A stretch of 64,000 bases of DNA from an uncultured Ruminococcus sp. (GCA_964571635.1 CAZNCN010000008.1:1608-65607); one strand, 5' to 3'; positions 22,221 through 31,984 are shown, counted from the first letter of the stretch. The notes: a model not told the origin generated them from the sequence alone. Made by a program: numbers and translations.

Positions 22221-23398
22221 TGGAGCTTTACAGCCACCTGCTTTCGCAGAGCGCTGTCGAGCTTAAGCCGTCGGGCATACGCAGGTTTTTTGACCTGCTC
22301 GCCGACATGAAGGATGTCATATCGCTCACAGTCGGACAGCCCGATTTTGCCACCCCGTGGCATATAAGGCAGGCAGGCATACGCTCGCTCGAGGAGGGCA
22401 GAACATATTATACCTCAAACAGCGGACTCCTTGAAATGCGTGAAGAAATAAGCGCATATCAGTCACGCCGATTTGGACTTGAATACGACCCTAAAACAGA
22501 GATAATCGTCACGGTTGGCGGCAGCGAAGCGATAGACATGGCTGTACGCGCACTGTGCAATCCGGGCGACGAGTTTATTATTCCCGAGCCCTGCTTTGTC
22601 TGCTATACCCCGCTCGTCAAGATGGCAGGCGGTGTGCCTGTTACGATAGGTTTGACGGCAGAAAACAATTTTAAGCTTACGGCAGAGGAGCTCGAGAGAG
22701 CTATCACGCCAAAGACAAAATGCTTGATACTCGCGTTCCCCAATAACCCGACAGGTGCGACGATGGATGCCGACTCGCTTGCCAAGATCGCAGAGGTGGT
22801 ATTGCGCCATAATATCGCAGTCATATCCGACGAGATATACGCAGAGCTTACATATGGCTCAAAGCACGTTTCGATCGCCTCACTTGAAGGTATGCGTGAA
22901 CGCACTATAGTCGTCAGCGGCTTTTCTAAGGCGTACGCTATGACAGGCTGGAGGCTTGGATATTCGCTCGCACCAAAGGAGATAACCACTCAGATGCTTA
23001 AACTGCATCAGTTCGGCATAATGTGTGCGCCCACGACCAGCCAATACGCCGCAGTCGAAGCACTTCGCAATGGCGACGGCGATATAGAATATATGAAAGA
23101 GCGCTATGATGACCGCCGCAGGCTGATAGTCGACAGGCTGAACGCCATGGGACTCAAGTGCTTTGAACCTACGGGTGCATTTTATGTGTTCCCCGATATT
23201 TCGGGCTTCGGAATGACCTCTGAGGAGTTTTGTCGCAGACTGCTTGACGAGCAGCGAGTGGCGATCGTCCCCGGCGATGCGTTCGGTGAATGCGGAGAGG
23301 GTTATGCACGCATTTCATATGCTTATTCTGTTCAGCACATAGTCAAGGCACTCGACAGGATCGAGGCGTTTATAAACACTTTGAGGGCAGAGCAATGA
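22220..23398 (+). CDS. class I/II PLP-dependent aminotransferase (AlaT/AspB-like)
   Basis: SGFSKAYAMTGWRLGY PLP-lysine motif, and NNPTGA. TAATG overlap with the regulator gene. Confidence 0.88.
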   Translation: MELYSHLLSQSAVELKPSGIRRFFDLLADMKDVISLTVGQPDFATPWHIRQAGIRSLEEGRTYYTSNSGLLEMREEISAYQSRRFGLEYDPKTEIIVTVGGSEAIDMAVRALCNPGDEFIIPEPCFVCYTPLVKMAGGVPVTIGLTAENNFKLTAEELERAITPKTKCLILAFPNNPTGATMDADSLAKIAEVVLRHNIAVISDEIYAELTYGSKHVSIASLEGMRERTIVVSGFSKAYAMTGWRLGYSLAPKEITTQMLKLHQFGIMCAPTTSQYAAVEALRNGDGDIEYMKERYDDRRRLIVDRLNAMGLKCFEPTGAFYVFPDISGFGMTSEEFCRRLLDEQRVAIVPGDAFGECGEGYARISYAYSVQHIVKALDRIEAFINTLRAEQ

Positions 23399-24228
23399 TC
23401 GTTTTGGCTAACGCAAAGATCAATCTGACGCTTTTTGTCGGCGAAAAGCAGGCGGACGGCTATCACGGCATAAGCACCCTTATGCAAGAGATCTCGCTTT
23501 GCGACAGGATAAGCCTCGAGCCTTGCGACAGCGATATGTTTTTTGTCAGCGACAGCCGACTGCCTGCCGACAATAATAACCTGTGCGTCAAGGCACTCTC
23601 GGCATTCAGGGCGAAAACAGGCATAAAGCAGAGCGTGAGAATATCGCTCGAAAAGCATATACCGTTCATGGCAGGACTTGGCGGCGGCAGCAGTGATGCC
23701 GCTGCTGTCTTAAAGGCACTCGACACGCTTTTTGACACGATACTTTCGTATGACGAAATGACGGCGATGGCTGCGACGATAGGCAGTGACGTTCCTTTCT
23801 TTATAGGCGGTGGCTGCAGCAGATGTGTCGGCAGGGGTGAAATAATTGCAGATAGGTTTGAATTGCCCACACTGTATATAACCGTGTCAAAGGGCAATGC
23901 GGGCTTGTCTACTCCGGAGATGTACAGGGCGTTTGACAGCTTTGGCACGCCGATAAGCGATCACGCATCCGAGCGAATAGCACATTGCGGCGACATAAGC
24001 GGCATCGCCAAGAGAATATATAATTCATTTGATGATATAGCGTGCCAAAAATGCCCCGAGATAAATCAAATAAAGCAAAAAATGCTTGATTTAGGCGCGC
24101 TCGGCAGCATGCTTTGCGGCAGCGGCAGTGCGGTGTTCGGCATTTTTGACAGCAAAGCACAGTCTGAGCAGGCGGCAGATGCATTGCGTTCGGACGGATA
24201 TTTTGCCGAGGCGTGCGAGAGCGTTTAA
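23395..24228 (+). CDS. ispE: 4-diphosphocytidyl-2-C-methyl-D-erythritol kinase
   Basis: MIVLANAKINLTLFVG...PFMAGLGGGSSDAAAVL (GHMP kinase motif). ATGA overlap with the aminotransferase stop. Confidence 0.92.
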   Translation: MIVLANAKINLTLFVGEKQADGYHGISTLMQEISLCDRISLEPCDSDMFFVSDSRLPADNNNLCVKALSAFRAKTGIKQSVRISLEKHIPFMAGLGGGSSDAAAVLKALDTLFDTILSYDEMTAMAATIGSDVPFFIGGGCSRCVGRGEIIADRFELPTLYITVSKGNAGLSTPEMYRAFDSFGTPISDHASERIAHCGDISGIAKRIYNSFDDIACQKCPEINQIKQKMLDLGALGSMLCGSGSAVFGIFDSKAQSEQAADALRSDGYFAEACESV

Positions 24229-24293
24229 GGTGCATCGTTTCTGTCAATACTCTTTTTGAAGTTACATAAAAACGATCAAAAGGAGTATTAAAA

Positions 24294-24863
24294 ATGATCA
24301 ATAGAGCGTCCGGACTGTTTATTAAGCTGACAGCGTTGTTTGCGGCATCGCTTATGCTTTTGTCGTTTGTCGATATGACTGTTCCAAAGAACGAGAGCGC
24401 TGTTTATGACAGCATAATCAGACTGCACATATTGGCAAACAGCGACAGCGATCATGACCAGCACATCAAGCTCGCAGTCAGAGACCGCATTATAGCGCAG
24501 TGCGAGATGCAGGGCGAATGCGATACTCGGCATCTTGCCCGTGATATGACCGATATTGCAAATTCGGTCTTGGCTGAATACGGCGTTGATTATACCGCAC
24601 ACGCAGTGTTTGGCAAAGAGAGATATCCCACTCGTGAATACGACGGCATATCGTTTCCGTCGGGCGAATATGCGTCATTGCGCATAATTTTGGGCGACGG
24701 TGAAGGACACAACTGGTGGTGTGTGCTTTTTCCGCCGCTTTGTCTTTCTGCCGCAACGGCAAAAGATGAACTCGGCGGTGTAGGTATAGACAGCGATTCA
24801 TATAAAGTCTATACCAAGCAAAGATATATTATAAGATTCAGATTTTTAGAATGGTTCAATTGA
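24294..24863 (+). CDS. spoIIR: stage II sporulation protein R
   Basis: N-terminal TM/signal, IRLHILANSDSDHDQHIKLAVRDRI signature, NWWCVLFPPLC. AAAGGAG RBS. Confidence 0.9.
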   Translation: MINRASGLFIKLTALFAASLMLLSFVDMTVPKNESAVYDSIIRLHILANSDSDHDQHIKLAVRDRIIAQCEMQGECDTRHLARDMTDIANSVLAEYGVDYTAHAVFGKERYPTREYDGISFPSGEYASLRIILGDGEGHNWWCVLFPPLCLSAATAKDELGGVGIDSDSYKVYTKQRYIIRFRFLEWFN

Positions 24864-24881
24864 TTTTGTGAGGAGTTATCG

Positions 24882-27800
24882 ATGCTTTACAGAATATTCG
24901 GTCCTGCGGGCTCGGGCAAGAGCAGCTATATCATAGATCGCATAGCCGAATCGGTCAAACGCGGCAGGCAGTGCTATTATATCGTTCCCGAGCAGCAATC
25001 TGTTGCCGCAGAGCGCAGGATAGCGCACGCCCTCGGTGACCGCGGAGCACTCGAGTGCGAGGTGATGAACTTTGAGAGATTGCCAAACCTCGTGTCACGC
25101 AGATACGGCGGACTCGCCGTGTCTTATATCGATAAGGGCGGCAGAGACCTTTTGCTGTCGCTTGTGCTCATCAAGGTTGCGAACGAGCTTAAGGAATACA
25201 GGACGTGCTGTGCGAGTGTGGATTTTGTGCACAAATGTGCCTCTATGATCACACGCTTCAAGACTGAAGGCATCGATTCTAATAGACTTTTTGAATTGTG
25301 CGAGGCAAGCTCTCTTGCCGAAAACAACCTGCTTTGGCGCAAGATACACGACATGGCTGTCATAATGCGTGAGTATGAATCACGCACCTGTGATGAACTC
25401 AGAGACCCGCTCGATTCGCTTTCGTCGCTTGCAAGGCAGCTTGACGAGCACGAGTTCTTCAAAGGCTGCGATATATTTATAGACGGCTATTATACTTTCA
25501 CAGGTGTTGAGTATCAGATAATCGAAAGACTGTGCAGGCAGTGCCACAATATTTATATCACATTCATCGACGATGGCAGAGATCTGTTTGTCGATGAAAA
25601 AGCCGCTGCCAAGCGCATAGCATCGTTTGCATCTGAGCATGAGGATGCTTTTGTCGGTGCTTTCAAGCGCTCAAAGAGCGACGATATAATGCATATTGAG
25701 AGGTATATTTGGGGCAAGAACACAGCCAAGCGATCGCCGGGCGGTGATGTTTCGATCATTACCGCAAAGAACGTGTTTGAGGAATGCGAGGCGATAGCTG
25801 CATATATTTTGCGTGCCGTCAAAAACGGCGCAAGGTTCAGAGAGATCACCGTTGTCACAGCCAATGCCGATTATGGCGACACACTCGAGGCTGTTTTCGG
25901 CAAAAACGGCATACCCTGCTTTTTGTCGCACAAAGAGCAGGTGGTGTCAAAGCCGTTGTTTGCCTATATACTTTCTGTTCTGCAGATCGCGGCAGAAGAT
26001 TTTTCGCTGTCATCGGTGCGCAGATGCTTAAAGAGCGGCTTTTCGCCGCTTTCGCCCGAGCAATGCGATTTCCTGCTCAGATATGCCGAGATGTGGAACA
26101 TACGCGGCAGAGCGTGGTATTCAGAAAACGAATGGATGATGAATCCCGACGGTTATGACGCCATGACAGAGTCAGGCGAAAAGCTGAGGGTGTTTATCAA
26201 CAAAGCAAGATATAAGCTCGTCGAGACTGTTTTGCCCCTGCGTGACAGGCTGGTCGCAAAGGGTACGACTGTCGGCGAGATTGCAAGGGCAATATACAAA
26301 TTCATCAACGACATGGAGCTTGCAAAAAAGGTCAGGCAGCGTGCCGAGATACTTTATAATGCAGGCGATGCTGACGCTGCAATGCGCGAAACGCAGGTGT
26401 ATGACTGCATGATAACTTTGCTCGATCAGCTTTGTCTTGTTGCCGAAAACGATGTTATCGCCGTTTCAAAGCTTTCTTCGCTTATAGAAATAATGTGTTC
26501 AGAATACAGTGTCGGCTCGATACCGTCGTCTGCCGATGCGGTCACTGTGGGCGACCCAAGGCTGTTGCGTGCCGACAACTGCAGGATAGCTGTGATCTGC
26601 GGCTTGACAGATGGCTCTTTTCCGTCATACGGCAAGAGCGACGACTTTTTTGACGATGAAGAATTGATAGCGCTCGAGGGCGAGGGGGTCACAGCCTGTA
26701 TGCCTCGTGACAGCTATATCAGGCGCGAAAGGCTCTTGTTTTATGTTGCCTGCACAATGATGTCCGAAAAATTGCTTTTTACATATCCCTCAGGCAATAT
26801 TTCGGGTGACAAGATGCGCCCGTCCTTTGGACTTTTGCATATAATGTCGCTTTTTGAAGGATTAAAGCCTTATGTCTACGGCACGAGGCTTTCCGATCGT
26901 GTGTATTCTGCAAGCTCTGCCAAAGAGCGCTATATATTGATGGACGACTGCACCGCCAAAGAGCAGATAGCCGCCGCACTTAAAAAGGTGGGCTATTCTC
27001 TGCCGACAGAGCAGAAACCGATATTCGACCCTGTCGCCGAGATAGATTATCAAAAATACCGCGAATTCGGATTGTCGCCGAGTGCGCTCGAGAGGTATGT
27101 TTATTGTCCGTTCTCTTATTTTGCCGCACACATAATGCGGCTCAAAAAGTCAGAGCGCATGAGCTTCGCCGAGCGACAGACAGGCACGCTGATACACAAG
27201 GCGGTAGAGGAATATATGCGCAAATGTGTGTCAAGCGGTGTGTTTGTGCCGCTTGACGAAAGCGAAAAAATGCAAGAGATCGACAGGATAACAGACGAAT
27301 TCTTTCAGGTGGCAGGCGACAAGCGGTTCGATGCGCTCACAAAGAGCATCAAGCGGACTGTCAAGGCGGTCTATGACGATCTCGAACGTGAGTTTGCTGT
27401 CTGCGACTTTTTGCCTGTCGGACTCGAGGTCAAAATAGGCAACGGCAGGGATGGTTCAAAACCGTCGATGACCGTCGATGTCGACGGCACGACAGTTTAT
27501 GTTCGCGGCGTTGCCGACAGGGTCGACAAGGTCACAGTCGACGGCACCGATTATATCAGGGTCATCGACTATAAGACGGGCAACAAAAAGTTTGAGATGA
27601 AGTTCATCGACGAGGGTCTTGATATGCAGATGCCTATGTATATGTTCTCGCTTTGCGATGAGGCAGAGGCAATGCCTGCAGGCTGCGCTTATTATATAAT
27701 CAGGCTGCAAAACGAAAAACCCAAGATCGGCGAGAGCAAAGAAGAATTTCAAAAGCGTATGCAAAAGGTGTTTGAGCGCAGCGGCGTGTTTACAGACAAC

Positions 27801-28073
27801 AGCGACGTTGTTTTAAAATTCGACACGAGCCGAGGCGTATATCTGCCGGTGCGAATGACCAAAAACGGTGTGCATTCCACAGATGCAAAAAACAAATTGC
27901 TCGATGACGACCGCTTTGAAGAATTGCGGCACGAGCTTGCAGGTCGCATGATCTCTGTTGCCAAGGGTATCTTTAAGGGACACATGAATGTTGCCCCAAA
28001 GCATATAGACAGTCTGCATGACGCATGCAGATATTGCAAATATCACGGCGCGTGCCGATATGAAGGAAGGTGA
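24882..28073 (+). CDS. addB: helicase-exonuclease AddAB, subunit B
   Basis: 1063 aa. Walker A GPAGSGKS, C-terminal PD-(D/E)XK nuclease (VIDYKTG) and Fe-S cysteines (YCPFSYF ... CRYCKYHGAC). Confidence 0.92.
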   Translation: MLYRIFGPAGSGKSSYIIDRIAESVKRGRQCYYIVPEQQSVAAERRIAHALGDRGALECEVMNFERLPNLVSRRYGGLAVSYIDKGGRDLLLSLVLIKVANELKEYRTCCASVDFVHKCASMITRFKTEGIDSNRLFELCEASSLAENNLLWRKIHDMAVIMREYESRTCDELRDPLDSLSSLARQLDEHEFFKGCDIFIDGYYTFTGVEYQIIERLCRQCHNIYITFIDDGRDLFVDEKAAAKRIASFASEHEDAFVGAFKRSKSDDIMHIERYIWGKNTAKRSPGGDVSIITAKNVFEECEAIAAYILRAVKNGARFREITVVTANADYGDTLEAVFGKNGIPCFLSHKEQVVSKPLFAYILSVLQIAAEDFSLSSVRRCLKSGFSPLSPEQCDFLLRYAEMWNIRGRAWYSENEWMMNPDGYDAMTESGEKLRVFINKARYKLVETVLPLRDRLVAKGTTVGEIARAIYKFINDMELAKKVRQRAEILYNAGDADAAMRETQVYDCMITLLDQLCLVAENDVIAVSKLSSLIEIMCSEYSVGSIPSSADAVTVGDPRLLRADNCRIAVICGLTDGSFPSYGKSDDFFDDEELIALEGEGVTACMPRDSYIRRERLLFYVACTMMSEKLLFTYPSGNISGDKMRPSFGLLHIMSLFEGLKPYVYGTRLSDRVYSASSAKERYILMDDCTAKEQIAAALKKVGYSLPTEQKPIFDPVAEIDYQKYREFGLSPSALERYVYCPFSYFAAHIMRLKKSERMSFAERQTGTLIHKAVEEYMRKCVSSGVFVPLDESEKMQEIDRITDEFFQVAGDKRFDALTKSIKRTVKAVYDDLEREFAVCDFLPVGLEVKIGNGRDGSKPSMTVDVDGTTVYVRGVADRVDKVTVDGTDYIRVIDYKTGNKKFEMKFIDEGLDMQMPMYMFSLCDEAEAMPAGCAYYIIRLQNEKPKIGESKEEFQKRMQKVFERSGVFTDNSDVVLKFDTSRGVYLPVRMTKNGVHSTDAKNKLLDDDRFEELRHELAGRMISVAKGIFKGHMNVAPKHIDSLHDACRYCKYHGACRYEGR

Positions 28074-28077
28074 TCGT

Positions 28078-31000
28078 GTGCAATGGACTGTTTCACAAAG
28101 CAATGCGATAAACGATGATCGCGGACGTTCTTTGCTCGTTTCGGCAGGTGCGGGCAGCGGCAAGACCTCTGTGCTCACCGAGCGACTTGTGCGCATGATC
28201 ACACAGGGTGCATCGCTCGATGATTTTCTCGTCGTTACATATACGACGGCTGCGGCTGCCGACCTCAAAGAAAAGCTTTATGACAAGCTTTCAAAGGCTT
28301 CTGCGGCGGACACACAAAACAGGCATCTCTATAACCAGCTCTTTTTGCTTTCGGGTGCGCGTATATCAACTATACACTCGTTTTGCTATGAGCTTGTAAA
28401 GCATAATTTCAACTCGCTCGGCATTTCGGCGGAATGCCGCGTCATCGATCAGGCAGAGAGCGTGTCGCTGCTTTCGGAAGTCTTGAACGACATGCTCGAC
28501 GAGTTGTTTTCAGTTGACGACAAGGATGTGATACTCGTGCTCGAAAGGCTCTGCCCTCACGGCAAGGAGCGCGAGCTTATCAGGGTATTAACCACCGTAT
28601 ATGAAAAAATACGTGCATTTTACAGATACGACCTTTGGTTTGAGCAATGCGAGCGGTTTTATCGCGATGAATCAAAAAAAGCTGCCGTCGACCTTTTTGC
28701 CACCGACAGTGGTCGAGAGCTTTATGAATATATCCACGACGCTGTAAAGGATGCTTATGTCAAGGCGTGCAAGCTTTGCGAATTGCTTGCTGCTGAGCAT
28801 GCGACCGAAAACAACCTCAAATTGCCGCTTGCATACCGTGCGATGCTTTCTGAGGCACTTGACGCAGGTACATTTACCGCGCTGGTGCGTGCGTTCAGCA
28901 ACGATGACCTCCCAAATATGAATACAAACAAGCTCTCTGACTATATTGCAGAAAGATATAAGTCGACTCGAGCAGAGCTTAAAAAGGACGTTGAGACTGT
29001 GCAAAAGGTCATAAACTTCGGCACTGACGATTTTGAAACGCTTTTTGCTGACTGTGCCGACGTCGTGAGGGCGCTTAGCAACCTTATTGCCAACCTCGAC
29101 AAACGATTTTTTGCCGCCAAGCAAAAGAGGGGTGGTCTTGATTTTGCCGACCTCGAGCAGCTAACGCTTAAATTGCTCGAAGCAGACGATGGCAAGCCGA
29201 CCGAAATATGCCTTAAACTGCGTGCGTCATTCAAGCAGGTGTTCGTCGACGAATATCAGGATGTCAACCCCCTGCAGGATCGCATATTCTCGTTGCTCTC
29301 GCAGGAGGGCAACAGGTTTACCGTCGGAGATACAAAGCAGAGCATTTACAGGTTTCGCAACGCATACCCGAGTATTTTTATCGGATATAAAAACGCCTAT
29401 GGAGATTATGAAACAGGCGTCAAAAACGCCGTAATATACCTGCGTGAGAATTTCAGATGCTCAAAAAATATAATTGATTTTACCAATCTGGTGACAGAAT
29501 ACGCCTCAAAGGGCAGCGACCTCGAGGATGAATACAAAAACGAGGCGCTCGTGTTCAGCAGGGCGGGGGAGGTTCCCGACCATCCGGTCGTGCTCGCACA
29601 TGCCTTCTATGAGGTCGGCAGGGAGGATAAGGACGGACGCACCGAAGCGATACAGCACTGCGCCGATTTTGTTGCATCAGAGATCAAAAAGCTTTCGGCA
29701 AACGGCATACAATACAAAGATATCGCATTGATCTTTTCTGCGCTAAAGGGCACGTCGATACCGTATGAAAGCGCATTGGCACGGGCGGGCATACCTTATA
29801 GGGTCATGAAGTCGACAGGCTTTTTGACTACGCCCGAGATAACGCTCGCACTCTCGTGCATTTCTGCGATAGATAATCCGACAGACGATATTGCATTGTT
29901 TTCGATGATGCGCTCGCCGATGTTCGGCTTTGATGCCGACATGCTCTATAAGATCAGACGCAGCAATGATGCTTATTCGTTCATAACCTGCATAAGGCGT
30001 TTTGCGCATGGTCTGCATCGCAAAAGGGTCAGGCTGGCGCAAGCGACCTACAGGGTCAAAAGCGTTTCAAAAGAGACAAAAACGCTTGAGCTTTTTGCAT
30101 CAAAGTTTCTTTGTCGGCTCGATGCCTATCGTACCATGGCAGGCGGAATGCAGGCGCACAGGTTTATCAGAATGTTTTATGAAACTTCGGGGCTTTTGAC
30201 TGCCGCAGCAGCCGAGGGAGAGCATCAAAAAGCTAACCTTTTGCGACTTTATCAAGAGGCTGCATCGTTCGAGAGCAGGGGCTTTAAGGGTGTTTCGGCG
30301 TTCAGGGCATATACCGAGCGGCTTTTGGAGGATGGTGCTGACCTGTCCGGTGCACAGCCGTCCGATGACGACTGTGTCAAGCTTATGACTATCCACGCCT
30401 CAAAGGGACTTGAATTTCCCGTGTGCTTTTATATCGGCGCAGACCACAATTTCAACCGCGAAGATATAAACGATTCGATACACATCGCACATCAGTCAGG
30501 ACTTTCGTTTACGCTCAATTACCCTGACGAATTGCGTGTCTGTGACACTCCGACGAGGCGGCTTTCGATCAGCAGGCTTGACAAAGAGTCACGCGCCGAA
30601 GAATTGCGCAAGCTCTATGTCGCATTGACAAGGGCAAAGGATAGGCTTTATGTCGTTTCGACATCAAATGTTTCTTCGCGCACACATGCGCCCGGCGATG
30701 CCACTTCTGCCAACGACTGGATCTTCGGTGCGATACATCGTTCCGAATCCAAGTGCTATGACTTTCATGAGATCTCATGCACAAAGCCCGTTTATGGCAA
30801 GAGAGTCCTGCGCAGGACCGATGAAAGCATCGACGATAGTTCGCTTTGCATGATAGGCTTTGAATATCAATATTCGCAGGCGGCTGATATGCCTGCAAAG
30901 ATCAGCGTTTCACAGCTCGAGCAGGGCTTTGAGCACGGCATAGGCGGTTCGCTGCGTGTGCCGTCGTTTGCAGGTGCGGGTGCAGGGCAGAAAGGCACGG

Positions 31001-31491
31001 CAAACCACCTCTTTATGCAGTTCTGCGACATGCGGTTTGCAAAAGAGAACGGCGCAAAGGCAGAGGCTGACAGACTTTTGCAAGAGCGTTTTATCAGCAA
31101 AGAGCAATACTCGATGCTTGATTTCAAGGCTCTCGACAAATTTTTTGCAGGCAGTCTTTATGACGAGATGCAGTCGTCAGAGCGGGTGTATCGTGAACGC
31201 AGGTTTTCGATACTCGACAACGGCTCTATAATCGGCAAGCCGAATTGCGAGGAGCTGCTCGTTCAGGGCGTAATAGACTGCTTTTATAAGACCGATAAGG
31301 GCCTTGTGATAGTTGACTATAAAACAGATCGCATTTTTGGTCATGATGCCGAAAACGAGCTTGTCAAGCGCCACGGCACGCAGATAAGATATTATGCCGT
31401 AGCCGCAGAACGCATGACGGGCATCAAGGTATGCCGTGCGGTCATATATTCGTTTGCGCTCGGCAGAGAGGTGGAGGTCGAAATTGATTGA
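28078..31491 (+). CDS. addA: helicase-exonuclease AddAB, subunit A (UvrD/Rep-type helicase plus RecB nuclease)
   Basis: WTVSQSNAI...LLVSAGAGSGKT, VDEYQD, TIHASKGLEFP, C-terminal VIDCFYKTDKGLVIVDYKTD. GTG 28078 lies 7 nt after GAAGGAAGG. ATG 28060 is an in-frame alternative that overlaps addB. Confidence 0.92.
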   Translation: MQWTVSQSNAINDDRGRSLLVSAGAGSGKTSVLTERLVRMITQGASLDDFLVVTYTTAAAADLKEKLYDKLSKASAADTQNRHLYNQLFLLSGARISTIHSFCYELVKHNFNSLGISAECRVIDQAESVSLLSEVLNDMLDELFSVDDKDVILVLERLCPHGKERELIRVLTTVYEKIRAFYRYDLWFEQCERFYRDESKKAAVDLFATDSGRELYEYIHDAVKDAYVKACKLCELLAAEHATENNLKLPLAYRAMLSEALDAGTFTALVRAFSNDDLPNMNTNKLSDYIAERYKSTRAELKKDVETVQKVINFGTDDFETLFADCADVVRALSNLIANLDKRFFAAKQKRGGLDFADLEQLTLKLLEADDGKPTEICLKLRASFKQVFVDEYQDVNPLQDRIFSLLSQEGNRFTVGDTKQSIYRFRNAYPSIFIGYKNAYGDYETGVKNAVIYLRENFRCSKNIIDFTNLVTEYASKGSDLEDEYKNEALVFSRAGEVPDHPVVLAHAFYEVGREDKDGRTEAIQHCADFVASEIKKLSANGIQYKDIALIFSALKGTSIPYESALARAGIPYRVMKSTGFLTTPEITLALSCISAIDNPTDDIALFSMMRSPMFGFDADMLYKIRRSNDAYSFITCIRRFAHGLHRKRVRLAQATYRVKSVSKETKTLELFASKFLCRLDAYRTMAGGMQAHRFIRMFYETSGLLTAAAAEGEHQKANLLRLYQEAASFESRGFKGVSAFRAYTERLLEDGADLSGAQPSDDDCVKLMTIHASKGLEFPVCFYIGADHNFNREDINDSIHIAHQSGLSFTLNYPDELRVCDTPTRRLSISRLDKESRAEELRKLYVALTRAKDRLYVVSTSNVSSRTHAPGDATSANDWIFGAIHRSESKCYDFHEISCTKPVYGKRVLRRTDESIDDSSLCMIGFEYQYSQAADMPAKISVSQLEQGFEHGIGGSLRVPSFAGAGAGQKGTANHLFMQFCDMRFAKENGAKAEADRLLQERFISKEQYSMLDFKALDKFFAGSLYDEMQSSERVYRERRFSILDNGSIIGKPNCEELLVQGVIDCFYKTDKGLVIVDYKTDRIFGHDAENELVKRHGTQIRYYAVAAERMTGIKVCRAVIYSFALGREVEVEID

Positions 31492-31840
31492 TCTTACACC
31501 CGAAATGCTGCGGGATTTCAGAGGCGAGGTATTTAAGCTTTTGCAAAATGAGCACAAGTTTGACTATCTCATCGATGCTTTTGAGCTAAGCGGAACATCT
31601 GTCTGCGGCGAATCAAGTGCCATACTCAGTGCAGCACGTGTCGGCGAAATGCTTTATCCGGTGCCTGATGGTCATAGATTGCTCGCGGTGAGCGATCGAG
31701 GCGTTTCTATCGGCTATCTGCCGACATCGCCCGTGCTTTTGCGCGCGGTCAGAGCGGGACGCAATATATTTATGCGCACCGAATATTCTGCCGACCTTGA
31801 GGGTATTCCGCTGATCATAGTCAGCCTTTGGTGCAAATAA
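31484..31840 (+). CDS. hypothetical 118-aa protein translationally coupled to addA
   Basis: TTG 31484 lies 6 nt after GGAGG (31473-31477) and overlaps the addA stop by 8 nt. ATG 31505 is an alternative start. A strong terminator follows directly. Confidence 0.6.
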   Translation: MIDLTPEMLRDFRGEVFKLLQNEHKFDYLIDAFELSGTSVCGESSAILSAARVGEMLYPVPDGHRLLAVSDRGVSIGYLPTSPVLLRAVRAGRNIFMRTEYSADLEGIPLIIVSLWCK

Positions 31841-31843
31841 TAC

Positions 31844-31870
31844 AAAGGGCGGAGCGATCCGCCCTTTCTT
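31844..31870 (+). terminator. rho-independent terminator ending the long plus-strand array
   Basis: AAAGGGCGGA-gcga-TCCGCCCTTT perfect 10-bp stem followed by TTTCTTATT. Confidence 0.85.
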
Positions 31871-31907
31871 ATTGCTTAATTTAAAAAAATGCATTTTGCA
31901 GCACGCT

Positions 31908-31941
31908 TTCGACAGTATTTGCTTTTGCCGTGCGCTATACT
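31908..31941 (+). promoter_or_regulatory. candidate Spo0A-dependent spoIIE promoter (0A box over a -35-like element, 21-nt spacer, TATACT -10)
   Basis: TTCGACA (reverse complement of the TGTCGAA 0A box) at 31908-31914. TATACT at 31936-31941, 44 nt upstream of ATG 31985. Confidence 0.45.
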
Positions 31942-31984
31942 TTGCCTTGCCAAGCAAAATACGCATCACAAAGGACGGGCGAAT

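Noticed and set aside
24229-24293. SigmaF-type promoter for spoIIR, and the 7-bp inverted repeat ATCGTTT...AAACGAT.
   Set aside because: GCATC is followed at the right spacing by sequence with no GG-A-A-T -10. The only GGAGTATTA-like match is the ribosome-binding site. The inverted repeat has a roughly 30-nt loop and no U-tract.
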